NCBI GenBank assembly: GCA_000934665.2
Contig: KZ538100.1
Coordinates: 124,001-188,000 of the forward strand
Source of the DNA: Catajapyx aquilonaris
Lineage: Eukaryota
Length of the DNA: 64,000 nt
Direction of reading: 5' to 3'
Shown here: in pieces, positions 24,484-37,255 of the stretch
Layout: every line of letters begins with the position of its first letter
Position numbering within the stretch: position 1 is the first letter of the stretch
Made by a program: the position numbers and the translations under genes
Notes under the pieces: model-generated
Database searches by the model: none
Told to the model about the DNA's origin: nothing
What the model saw: the letters and a program-made list of their open reading frames with translations, nothing else

Positions 24484-27400
24484 TCGCTCGCTTCTCCGGT
24501 ATATACGCGATGGCGGCCATTGGTGTCTCCTGCAAGCCAACTGTTCTCTCATAGGTGGCGTCCTTTCGGCGCCGTTTTGATGCCCTGGGCCACGCCCTTT
24601 GCCTCCCTTCCATGGAGCAGTCTCCTCTCTTCTATGCTGCTGCATTCCTCCCATGTGGGAAAGAAAAGGGGGGGACTATTTCGCCAACACTTTCCCCCTC
24701 CTCCTCCTCCAGAGCTCAGCAGATTGCCTCCACCACGGCCACGGGGCAATTACCTGAGGCGTCCTCACGGGGACCGCTCCGGATGAGGCGCGAAAACTTC
24801 ATTGACTTGATGATTTCCCCGTACTTTCCCCCTCCTCCTCCTCTCCCTCTTTTTTTTCTCCAAAAATGGCCGAATTTGTATGCTTTTGAAGCGGGCCCTG
24901 GCTGGTCCCTCCAGATTGATGGGCTGGAGCTGCACTTCATGACCCGGCATAAAAATAGGGAATTAGAGCCCTGTTAAGGCCTCCGAAAACAGAGGTATAT
25001 TATCACATTTAATCTAGCAGCGGGGGCCTCCTTCGCCCGCCCTCGACTATCGGGCTTGCGGGACCCATTCCGCCAGCTCATAAAAGAAGCGCCAGAGATA
25101 AATAAAACGGGAATCCTACCTTCATTTCTCGCCATCATGGCTCATCATATTTAGCGGCGCCGTCTCGAGATGTCAGTTCAAGAAGGGGGGGATGGAGGGG
25201 AATGGCTTGGCTTGGGATGCTGGGAGGAGGAGGATGGGGGCCTCTCTGTCTCCATGGATACGTCCTATATACTATAGGACATGTACTATCGGTATAGGAG
25301 GAGGGGAAGGTAAAATGGGGGCCAGAGAGATGTATACAAACGCCCTCCTTTTGGTTGCTTCACGCTCGACCTGTGTTGTGGGAGGAGCCTGCTGTCTTGC
25401 TGCTTGGATTTTCAACGGTATAAATTCGGATGGAAAGGACGCCATTTTGAGTGGGGGAGGGAAAACAAAAAAAGGAAAGATGCTGCTGGATAGGCAACCA
25501 TTTTGGTCGTTTGGATGGGGCCAAAAACAGTGCTGGGCCGATTGGAAAACAAAATGTTGCCACAAACGTGTGGACAGTTGAGATTAAATGGTACAAAATT
25601 AATAACTGTGGACCGGTGTGGGGGGCAGGGGGGGGGGGCGCTTGGTAATCTGAAGCATTGAATTACACACTAACGGAAAGTGCATGTGGAATAAGCATGA
25701 TAATTTTCAGTGCTGTGCTGCTGGTGGTCATGCACAAAGTCACTGTGCGTATGGGTTTTATTTTGAAAACTCGGGTTCGGCAGCGCATTATTGTTTGATT
25801 GTTTTTAAATGCGCGGCTATACCGGCCAATCATCCGGACAATTTTACTCGAATAATTTACTTTCATGTTTATGCATTTGTGGAGGCGTTATCATAATACA
25901 CATTGTAATTACTCGGCGTGTGAATCAGTAATGTTACTTTAGCAGCAGGTATACGGGGACGAGAACAATTACGCGGGGGGACACCAACAACATTACTTGG
26001 TCGTCGCACCGATGCCATTGATTGGTTCAATTATTGTCAATTAGCGATCATAATCGTTATGCAACATATTATAAAACATCTCATTAAGTAAAATAGTCGC
26101 TATACTTAACAATAGTCATATTTTGTGCCACTTGAAGATTTCTTTTCCAAATGTAACACCTCCTCTTGTACAGTGCGTATAGTGCATGCCTTATTTTTGA
26201 ACGAAAACAATCGTGAATATTATTTTGTTGTAAGTCTTTAAATGGGAATTGTTGGGTTTTCTCCATGTCACGTATATGAACTATAGAAATGGACGTGACG
26301 GCAGTAGCCTATATTTAAAATTCACGTTTGATATATTCTTCCGTCATAGCGAAAAGAGACACATCTGCTGCACATACGCTCGTGTTTTCCTTGCCTTGGA
26401 GATACCTGTATACATGTATACAGTACAGACAGGGCCTAAAACTATTCTAGATCTGTACGACACTTGACAAAACTCCATCGGAAAACAGCAGAAGACCTCT
26501 CTGTGTCTGGCCTGGTTTCGGGGCAAGTGGAATAAGTCAGCATCAGCTATAAGAGTGAGCACCACGTGATTGGATTGCACGTCTGTAGCACAGTTTGAAA
26601 GTCTGAAGAAGAAGTTACTTATTCCTTTGGCCCCTCCAGAAAATCCCATGTCGACTCTGGTATATATGGATGGGCTTTGGACCATCATGTTTAGTAGGAG
26701 GAGGTACAGAAAAGAGGATGCTGCTGGGAGGGGGGGCTGGTCCTTGATTAAGTGACGTGAGCACGGGAAGAGGAGTAATGGCCCATTGAAAGTTTGGCAG
26801 TGGCTGCTGCAGTGGGAGGGGGGACAGCATTGTGTATATATACACGTTGTTCCACAGTTTGGGAGAACAAGTATAAGGACATTCGTCAGATGGTACCGGG
26901 GGTAGCCTCCTCGCAATTTATTAGTGCAATAAGCAGACAACACTTCGTTTATTGGGTCGTCGCTTGAAGCGTCCGCCACTGCCTGGGGCTGCTGGGAGGG
27001 TATATATAGGGGGGAGAGGGGGAGGATGGGGGATCCCCAAATCAACCGTCTCTTCCGCCTGATTACGCGCAATTTAATTTAATATTCTGGCTATCAATAG
27101 CGAGTGAGGCCAAATGAAACTCTGCCCCATTTATTAATCCTCGCTCGGTTGGGAGGAAGGGACTGTCTTCTCTCTTTTTTTTTGGTGGGGGGAGATAGGA
27201 TATGGTTGGTGGAGTCAGCAAGCTCTTTATTTCAAATGTCCTTTCTATCCAACGTCCATCATCAGACTGTGGTCCATCAGGTATATATTGTGACACTTTT
27301 TTGAGGAAGGCTGGCATGAAATATTGTGCGGACTGGATCTCTCCGGACTCGTATAATGTCACACCCGGCATATCTCTAAGGTTTCTCCTCCAAATGGACC

Positions 27401-28417
27401 TGGGTGATTAGGCAGTCCAGAAGCGTAGGAAGCAAGCATGTAGTGCAGTGGATTAAGGAAGCTTCACACGACACCTATTGCCCTCCTTCCCTCCTCAGCC
27501 TTCCCCCCCACCATCCAGCATTATCTTGAAGCCTGGTCCCAAATGCAAAGGGCCGAATTAGTCTTGGAGCCCAAAACTGGAAGATTTTCGTGGGGGCGGT
27601 CTGCAGGCCTACCCCCCCTTAAACAAAGAGCATTTAATGGATCACACACCCCATGTGCCGTGATTAATGACCTAAAGAGAGTCATTAAAAGCAAATGTGC
27701 ATCGACGCCTCCTGCTGCCTCTCTCTTCTATACACCATTCGCTCGACTGGCTGCATATTACTGTACTGTATAACGTCCGTGTAATATTCTGATCGTATTA
27801 TATATACAGGGTGCAAGGAAAGTTTTAGCATCGAATCGGGCTCTATTTTTTCCCATTCCTTGTTCTTTTTGTCTGTCTCTGGAGTGAGCACAATTTCGTT
27901 TCCCGAGGCCCTCTTGAAGATCCGTTGAAATGATTTGGGTTGGGTTGGGAGGTATCCAGCAGCAGCAGGCGGCAGCACACCGAATCAATACATGTGACTG
28001 TTGGAAAAAGGAATTGTATTTCGCTTTACTACCTCAGCACTTTCCAATCGAAGATGACTTCATCCAACCCCCTCTCCCATCGCACAGCCAGCCAGACACA
28101 ACTCACTCAACTGCGGAGAAAAAAGGAAAAGAGAGACCCCCATGCAAGGAACTTTTCTCTCCAAAAATTTGTATATGTCTGGAAAAATTATCCGGACAGT
28201 CGGTCAGGTTCTCTCCGTGTTAGTGTGGGTTTTCTCAGGGGCGGTTTGCTTCTGACCTTCCCATCTTTCCCGTTGACGTAACGTTGAGGTGATGTTGGAG
28301 GTCCGTCGCACCTGCTGTTGATGCCAATCTGAATGGGGGCGAATCTGCTCGTTGGCATTCCATTACATTGGTTAGGAGTTGCAGTGAATGCAAGGTGGAG
28401 AGAGGGAGGGGGGAGCC

Positions 28418-28440
28418 AGAGAGAGAGAGAGAGAGAGAGA
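28418..28440. repeat. (AG)n microsatellite
   Basis: Read directly. Confidence 0.9.
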
Positions 28441-29488
28441 AAGAGAGTATAGTCTTGGTGTTGTAATCTGCACCCAAATTGATCCGGCAGTCATTTCTCG
28501 CCACGTTCCCCGCGCGGAAAGCCGTTAGAAGCAGCAATGAAGCGTCTCAAATTCACGAAAAACCCGCGCTAAACTTCCTCTTCGGGCCCTTCCTCTCCAG
28601 ATATCGACTTTTCTCTTCCACCCCCCCCCCTTCCACCCCTTCCCTGCAAACCACCCCAACACACACAACTTGCAACTTCTACACTTTTCTCTCTCTCTCT
28701 CTCTTTTCCACCCCTCCCCCACTCCCTCCTTGCCAAGCTTCTTTATGAAAGCAGCAGAGAATGTTGTTTAAATAAAGGCCAATCGTCTTAATCCCACTTC
28801 CCTAATTTGATGCTCCGCTTTCGCTCACTAATGCCACTTCATTTATATGATAAGGGAGCCCCCTTAAAATGGCTCCAGACATTATCTTCCCCCCCCCCCC
28901 TCCACCTCCCCCCATTCTTCCTCCAGCAGCTTCAGACTCGAGAGGCTCCCAGCCCAGCCAGCGGCTGATTGATGAGCATTACATATGAGCTAAATACCGT
29001 GTAATTTGCAAATACAACGCATAATTAGCCTTGATTACATGAAGGTTTTCTTTGTGATTAAGGAGGAAATGATTTAGCCTCCCTCCCTCCCACCCCATCA
29101 TCAGAGGAGGCTGCAGTATAGGATTATAAGACGCCTCTGGAGTCTGCAGTAGGCCTATGAGGCCACTGGAGAGACTGCCTTTGATTCATATTAATAAGCT
29201 GCTTAAAATGATTAAGGTGTTTTCCTTTCTCCGCCGCCGAAACGTGCTTCTGCTGCTGGAGCAGAGGAGGGGATATTATAGTGTGTATTATACTATACGA
29301 GAGAGAGAGAGAGAAGGGTTGGTTTGGATGAGAGAAAGTGCTTCCTGCCCAACAGTGTGTGTGCTCCACGGATTAGGTCACTTGGATTCGGTGCCAGTGG
29401 TCGTGCAGTGGCTCGCAATCATTGACCCATCAAAAATATCAGCATTTGCCTTCTACTTTAATATGTCATACTGCTTTAAATGTGTATA

Positions 29489-29693
29489 CTATAGAAAAAT
29501 GCGAGAGAACCGATAGATGGGTGGGAAGTGTCGGGAGAGACTGTCATCGATGTTTACTCGCCGCAAGCAACTGAATAGTTCCCCCCATTGCGCAGACGCA
29601 GGACGGGGACCAATCGGAAGCTTCGCGCTAACAATATATGTCGGGCCAATCAGAGGCCTTTACAAAAAAACACGACGATTTTAACATTATGGA
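29489..29693 (-). mobile_element. Dispersed repeat family A, copy 3 (diverged, internally deleted), ending 25 nt before the Nkx6 terminal exon
   Basis: Shares TATACTATAGAAAAA at the left end with copy 2, and AATAGTTCCCC, CATTGCGCA, CCAATCGGAAGC.TCGCG..AACAATAT, CCAATCAGAG and ACGATTTTAACATTAT with copies 1 and 2. Confidence 0.7.
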
Positions 29694-29718
29694 ATTTTTC
29701 TTTTTGTGTTTTTCGCAG

Positions 29719-29904
29719 GTGTGGTTTCAGAACAGGAGGACGAAGTGGCGGAAGAAGCACGCGGCGGAAATGGCGACGGCGAAGAGGAAGCAGGAGGAAG
29801 CGGAGGGTATGGCAGACGGATCGGACCGCGACGACGACGACGACGGTGGAAAGACCGACGCCAAGAGGCTCAAGAAGGACCTCGACGACGATGGACAGCC
29901 CTGA
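29719..29904 (+). CDS. Nkx6: Terminal coding exon of the Nkx6/HGTX orthologue: helix 3 of the homeodomain and a short acidic/basic tail
   Basis: Acceptor tttttgtgtttttcgcAG ends at 29718, followed by [61 protein letters not shown]. It joins in frame to the 15375-15550 exon to give a complete 60-aa Q50 homeodomain. HAAEMATAK is the NK6 post-homeodomain signature. Confidence 0.97.
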   Translation: MWFQNRRTKWRKKHAAEMATAKRKQEEAEGMADGSDRDDDDDGGKTDAKRLKKDLDDDGQP

Positions 29905-30850
29905 AGCTATACCTGCTGTGTGCTGCTTAAGAAAAGAGAGAATAACAATAATAATAAATGAACATTTTACGTACCGGGGGACTGACTACAAATACAATGG
30001 TGGCGCAGGAGGAACCGAGCCATACAAAGAAGGATTGACCACCGATCGGGTGACTCAAAAAATAATACCAAACCAAAAAACAGTTTATGTAGGAGAGAGC
30101 TCTGTTTTTTTCCGTGTCAAACTCCAAAAAATGTATGGGGTAGGAGCTGGAAGTCTTGTGTGTGCGACGACTGACTTGACTCACTGATCGGTACGGGTCA
30201 AAGAGGGGTGACTCTCAGCTCCTTCCTTGGCATCATTCCATGGTAGGCCTCGTTTCAATTCTAGTTCCATAAATAACTGTATAGGCAAACAATGCTTTGT
30301 GACGGGATTTTAAAAAAACACAACAAACCTCCCCCCTCCCTCCCTCTTTATATATAAAAAAAATAAGTCGGCTGCTCCTTATTTCCAAATGTACCAGCGT
30401 TGTCATCATACACACTGTGCATCGTACTCCCTTTGGAACCATAAAAAACGGTCAGTGCAATGATGTGTTCAGAAGATATGGACGGTACGCAGATTGTTTG
30501 TCTTTTTTTTTGTCATATATGAGTTGAGTGAACGTCACCAGCATGTCAATTACACGGGGCAATTCCCTCCGCCACACACGTACACTTTTTATGTTCACAA
30601 GTGCGATATTTTCCCCAGCAGATTGTCATCAAATGATTTTAATTTATTTTTTAATTTTTTGCCAAACCAAAGATGTTATGATGTATAATTATTATTAGTC
30701 TTTGCCATGTCTGTGTATTATACTCAACGTATAAAGACTATGGGTTGTATTATAAAACTTTCTTTTTCTAAGATTATTAATATTGTTCTGTACTATACAT
30801 CCATGCCACAGTAAATTTTAAACTATATATTTTGATACGTTGCTTATTTT
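29905..30850 (+). other. Probable 3' UTR of Nkx6 (3' end uncertain)
   Basis: Follows the stop codon and becomes increasingly AU-rich. AATAAA at 29953-29958 could give a short form; U-rich sequence to about 30850 suggests a longer form. Confidence 0.45.
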
Positions 30851-31575
30851 ATGTTGGTATTTTTCTATATACTCTAGCCCTACATATTGGTTAATACTCA
30901 TTACTTCACTAAGAATTTTGCAACTATGAATTTATATTCAAACTCAATCCGTTACCCAGAGTGAAGTTAATCTCATACTAAAATAATATAATTTCCCAAT
31001 TTTGCGCCACTTCCTTTAATGTTGCTAAAAACCTGCGAATTCGTCGGTTTTATTGATCATTAATATGTCATGTGAGAATTACAGATTCCTGCACAACATG
31101 ATCTTTATTTATACCGTAATGTCATTTCCCCTAGTAAATTAGTCGTATATCGGCCTGTACGAAAACAATGTCACTTTGTATAGTGTCTCTAGTTAGCCCA
31201 ATTTTTTCGCAAACTATTTCTACACTGGCGTATGACTAATAGCGTAAGGCCAATGGCGCATTTGATTGTATGCAATGTTGTTTACTGAACGGACTGGTCA
31301 AACTGAGGCAAACTACGTTGACGTGTAGTCGCGGTTTCTTTTCCTCCTGTTTCGCGACTCTTGGTGTTATACATGTAGCACACATGTACACGTTTTGTAC
31401 TGGAAGCGTGACCATGACCTGTGCGACGACGTCCGTCAACGTTGCACATTGGGGAAGGCTGCAAGCAATCTACAGGACAAGGTAGGTCCAATAATGTGAC
31501 AGAATTGATTAAGCGCGACATGTTGCCAAAGCCAACAGAGAAGATGGGATAGGCCGCAGATCACTACAAACATCA

Positions 31576-32164
31576 TCTATATCTATAATCTATATCTATA
31601 TCTATATTCTATATCTATAAATAAGGAAGTTTGTCAGATGTTTGTCCCTTATAGAAATCCTGGGGAAGGCCCCTACACCGCCTTAAATTAGCATATCGGG
31701 GGTTACATTTTTCAAGGAATTTAATGCCGCATGTTTCAGCTTCCGAAAATGTACCTAACTCCCACAACACGCATATTCCCGAATCTTCTCTCTTCTCGGG
31801 CCTTAACAATTAACTTACAACAATATATCAATTCAAATTCCCATGGAAATGCCCTTATGCAAGTTCAATACCTAGCAAATTAAACCTTCGACGGTAAATT
31901 CAACGCATGCACCAATTGCGCTAATAATTGGCACCTCACGTGAGTTCGTATCGTATGGTCATTCCGGGATTTTGTGGGATTAGAAAGTAGACTTCCAGAC
32001 AAAAATAAATACAATAAAATAATACAGTATTTACTAATATTACTCCGTGTTGAAAATATTTCTTCCACCATGCATCTGTATACGTCTGTACGTACGTACA
32101 TTTCTAGAGTTCTTCAAAGCAAGCATATGGATATATACCCGGGCAACGCCGGGTAACCTGCTAG
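31576..32164 (+). mobile_element. Non-autonomous Helitron (family E)
   Basis: 5' A|TCTATA repeated several times, then ATAAGGAAGTTTGTC; 3' CCCGG-GCAACG-CCGGG hairpin, TAACCTG, CTAG|T. Confidence 0.85.
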
Positions 32165-35100
32165 TCTCTTATAATAATAATAGATATTGCGTGAATTACT
32201 TGTGCACCAATAACTGCATCAGTACATGATGTATTTATATATTTTATGTGGGCAGCACATAATGCACTAGTGCACAATCAATGATCAGAAAATGATGAAT
32301 CGGTCGTTTCCCCTCCCTCCTGTTTACAACGTGCTGTATAATAATCCCGAACTGACAGTATGTGACAACTACATGTCACACCGAGTAATCACGTTCAATA
32401 ATGGTGCCCAGAGAGAGGGGGGGGGGGAATATGTATAGGGAAAGAGAGAGAGAGAGGCGTCGGGCCACTTTCCATCATTATTGTTATATTACACAACTAT
32501 TTGATTGCTGCCAGCACATGCCGCTGCTTCATTTCATTGCTTCCAGGCATCTTCTTCTTCTTCTTCTTCCCCCCTTCCTATATGAGAGGAGAAGAAGCGT
32601 CGGCTAAAGTTGAAGCTATAGAGACAAAATTTCAGTGTGCCCCTCCATCCCCCCCTCTCCCTTCCACTCCACCATCTCGAAGCAAAATCCCATAGTTTGT
32701 ACACTTCTCCGGAGTAAAATGAACCCTCCGGCATCTCCTTCCGCTCCTCCTCCGTTTTCCATATTGATTCGGAAGCATCTTATGTCTGTCGAAGTGGGTA
32801 TAGATTTTCCTGATAATTATGATGTGCTTTGCGGGAACCCAGCCCGGTTTACCACGTAGTTTCCCAGACGGCTCGATTTGGAAAGGGGTGGGGAAGGGAG
32901 GGGGGGCTATGGCAAGGAGATGGGAGGCTGTATAAAGAGAAGAAGAGAGAAGCTTCGAAGAATAAGGCATCTATAAAGGAGAAGAGAATCTTTCACGATG
33001 CAACCAACTATTTTTTTTTTAAAGTTGCCGTTTCCGTTATCAGTATCAAAATCATGGCAGAGACTGGGCTATATACATTTTATTGAAGATACCTCCTATA
33101 ACAGGCTGATAAAATAAAGTTTCGTCCTCTGATAATAAACAACAAACTTCTTTTGCTCGGCGGAAATTGAGATAATATTGTAAACTCCATAACTTCACAT
33201 TCGGGGGAAACTTTGTGCCATTCCCTTATTCTTCAAAGTAACTATTGGCCAACATTATATAGTGGCATCTATACCGGTTTTGTGGTACACGTGTATAATT
33301 ATTAGAAAATAGAAACCCTCGGCTGTCATTGTTCTGGATAGAGACATTATCGTGTAGGAATTCAGGCTGGATGGTAATAAGAGAAATAAAGGTTGATTAT
33401 GTCACGAAGCCACTCGTGACGAGCCCCACACCATGCTCTTCTTTGGCCAGCAAATGAGTTGGTCCTGCCTGACGTGAATGGGCCGTTTTAGGGCATGCAA
33501 CTATACTTTAGCAAGTACAATGTCTCCGGGCGAATTGAAAGGAAACAATTGCTGGGTCATTAAATTGAGCAGCAGCGTCGCGGGAGCTGCTGCTGCTGGA
33601 TGATGCCACATCACCAGCACCATATAAGAAGCCGGCAAGATTTTTCTGCTGCCTTTTATGCCTCGCTTTTTTCTCTCATTGCATGAGCTGGATGGCTGGG
33701 AGGAGAACGTGAGCGGGCCATATAATTGGCATCCGTAATTAAGATATTATTAGGCTAATGGCCGATGCTAAGTGGCTCAATCCACCTATCGGGCCATGTG
33801 AAAATCCCCTCGAGTGCTGTTTGCTGGCCCAGGCATCCAGAGCTGTGAGACTGGACAATAAGAGCGTACTGAAACGAATTCACGTGGCTATAAAAATTGG
33901 AAACACAGCAGAAAATACGGTTGCTTGCTTTGCTTACTGGCCGGCTAACCGTGTGAATAAAAGTCTCATTCTCTTTCTCTCTATACACCCAAGCCCGACC
34001 AATCCCATCAGGTACGTTCAGGGTGCAATCTTCAAGCCACGACCACTATATCTTATATATGAACCAATAAAGATAGCAACAGTGAGTGGCATGGCACCTA
34101 TATATGCTGATGGATGCTATTTTAAATTATAAATGGAGCTGACTGCTACCACTGGTTGCTAATATAGCTATTGCCAGTAAGGCCTATAGCGACTCAGCAA
34201 CTATAGCTAATTGGACGGCGTTATACAATAACGAGTCAACCCACATGAGACCAGTATGTTTTGAGAACCGTGCGAGTTAATTCAATATTATGGAATGCAG
34301 ATTTCGCCAGCTTGATTTTAACTGAATCAAGTACGATCCTTTGGGTATATATGTTCCTGGGCGTAACTCAATTTTGACATTTTCGTGGGTTGGCACATTA
34401 TTGCATAACACCGTCCAATTGTAAGTACATCAGCTATAATTACAAACGCCGGGCCATTTTAGGCCCATATTTCGACACCTTTCTCCGGAAAAGAAAAGTG
34501 AATCCGGTCTTGATTCCGCAGGGCTTGTTCCGTTATCATCAGGCATCCGACGGAGTGACGGCAGTGTGTTAGTAGTGGATCCGGACAAGCAACTAATCAA
34601 TGCGGTATAACAGCAGTTGGGTGCTGTAGTATAGAGAGAGAGAGAGGGAAGGGGATGCATGAAGGGGAGGGGTGGGGGGTCGTCATGTTGCATTAGCAGT
34701 TTTAGTGCCATTTGCTTCGGGATGAAGAGCAACGAAATGAAGCGTCCAGCTGGACACGCCAGGCATGAGCATCACCTATATACCATACTTTGTCCATATC
34801 GCCTAACCCCTCTATAGTCAGATTAATTTCGCAAACCTCTGCTCAAATGTCGGGTCCGGCAGGTGCTACCCATTTTTTTCGTCTCTCTCTCTCTCTCGAG
34901 TCTAGTCTAGTGTGGGGAACCAACCCCTCCCCCCCAGTATGTACGTATATATAGATGAGCGCACAATTAGGCGGCCATGATGGTTAAAGGGAAAAGTGGC
35001 CCCGTGGCCGAGGTGCCGGGTATAAATCAAAGCTAACGAGCCATTCGTCGGTCATTCGTTAGGATGCATGGACTAACCTTCGGATTTTGGCGTTTATTTT

Positions 35101-37240
35101 TCCGCCTTTTGCCGGCCTGGCACATTCGCCACATTCCCTCCCCCCACCTCCTTTTTTGGGGGGGCTAAAATGTATCGGACCTCCCCCCCCCCCCCTACTA
35201 AACACCACACGGTAATTCTCCCCCACTTGTGCCTGTGTGTTGGGAGGGTGTTTCCTAAAGGGTTATCAATTAGAATTGCGACGACTATGAATCTGGGTTT
35301 TGCTGCCCGTTGAACGCTGCGGGAATGAATATTAAAAGCCTGGGCAAAAATAAGTGTGTGATTATGCTGGGTTATGGTCCAAATACAGTCGTGTTTGCTG
35401 CCGGGGATCACTGCCAGAGATTGCCTCCAAAAAGCGGCCGAGATTGGAGGAGAGAGAGAGAGAGAGATGGGATGTGATGGAGGGTGTGCATATACACAGT
35501 GTTTTGCACACACATCGATTATGACACGCATCATTTTTGTAGTACTGATGCGGCGGGTGTGGTGAAGCCCCAATAAGTGCACAATTTTCTATGCGCAATT
35601 ATTAATCGCAATTTGGTTCCAAAAGGGGATCCCCTCCCCCCCTGAAGGTATATGATGACGTGGTCAATTATGTGCGAAAAAGGAAAGAAAAAAAGGCAGG
35701 GGAAGGAGCATGTGGCACATGGAATCCCCGCAAAAATAGGCTACAAATCATCACGTAGCCGCACTGACTAGAATATAAACTCCCCAGAGTTCCACAAATC
35801 TTTCCATTACAAGACAGTAGGAATCCTCCGGACAGACAGTGGGGGGGAGAGGGAGGCGAGGGAGTGGGGGAGGGAGGAGGGGGAAAAATGGTTATTGCCT
35901 CTCCTCGGCCCACAGTAATCTTGGGAAGGGCAGTTAAGAAAATCCTCGCCGAGGAGAAAAGGCCTTCCTCTATATCGCTTTACTGCGGGGAAAACTCACC
36001 CCCAAAAACTTTATAACTGGAGGGGCCAAAAACACACCAGCCCCTCCCCTTCGATGGATGCTGGGCACACACTTATTCGCACCACACATGTACAGGCTGG
36101 TGCATATCTCCAAGAGATGGGTTCACACGGGCGTCGTTGTTGGTTGGCCACTTTTTCTAGATTTTTTGATCAGTCATTATTAGAGCCACATATTGCACAT
36201 AAGGTTGGGAGGATTACGAAAGCATGCAGTTTTGGTTGGGAGGCGCATGCGTGGCGAGTGAGGCCCAGACTTTTATGGAGAGCATTGTGAGGATAAGTCC
36301 ATAATAATTGAATTCTCGCGGCGGGTTTTCCGCAAATCCCCCATCCGAGTTGGAGGGTGATGTATTAGGTTTACTGGCGCTGAATGAGGTGCTGAGAACC
36401 GATCCGTCCTGTCCGTCCATCCCTCCCCTCCCTTCCTCCCACGGGACAACAAAACCGCGTCCGACATGTATACAGAGACAAAAGGGACACAAACAACAGG
36501 GGCAAGCAGACCACAATACTCAGGTTTCGAGATCCACTTTTCCTACGGGCAAATCCGTGCCTTCACTCGTCCGGATTTCAACCGGGGACTACGGGGAGAT
36601 TACCATGTTTTCCTTGTGCGGACGTCCACACAATTTCCTTTTCCATATTACGTGCAAAGGCTGCTGGGTGTCCACTATTTTGGCCAATGTGACGCAACTT
36701 GTTTTTTTTTTTTTTTTTTGCATCTGCATATACGAACTTTTTTCTTCAATAATCTTGAAGCCCCATTTTGTCCCAGAGCATTTCGGCATGTTAACGACGG
36801 TTTTTTCGCGTGTAGCCGAAATTAAGGCCGTAAACCGAGTGCCGGCCATGACACCCACGCCAGATTTTGAAATTGCAAAGTGAATAAAAAGACCTCCGCA
36901 GCTCAGATAAATCCTCCCCATTCACCCAGACTAATCACACTCAAAAGTGATGACTTTTTTTTCTCTCTCTCACTCACTCCCTACCCCGCGCTCTTCACTA
37001 TTAGATTCGGTCCCCTCTGCATTTTTGGCCAACAAAAAAAATAAAGGCGAGAGAAACCCGGCATATCTGGAGTGAAGATAACACGCATTAACAAGACATC
37101 TCTCTGAATCTAAAGCTGAATGGATTCTTTTGATGACCTCATCACACCCAACAGCCCGCGTCGTACACCAAACTTTTTTTTTCCTCTTTCCATTTTTTTT
37201 CCCTGGAAAGTGGTGGGTGGTAGTGGGGGGGGGGGGGGGG

Positions 37241-37255
37241 NNNNNNNNNNNNNNN
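37241..37255. other. Assembly gap (N run) inside a poly-G tract
   Basis: 15 N flanked by G runs. Confidence 0.98.

Larger units (their letters stand above)
15551..29718 (+). other. 14,168-nt GT-AG intron interrupting the homeobox (QVK/VWFQN)
   Basis: Canonical splice sites, and in-frame joining restores the homeodomain. The position between residues 46 and 47 is the familiar homeobox intron site. Confidence 0.92.

Noticed and set aside
26344..27072. 242-aa minus-strand ORF nested in the intron
   Set aside because: No domain or codon bias; crosses G-tract spacers.
29588..30187. 199-aa overlapping + strand ORF across the terminal exon
   Set aside because: Alternative frame of a GC-rich exon that starts inside a repeat; no independent support.
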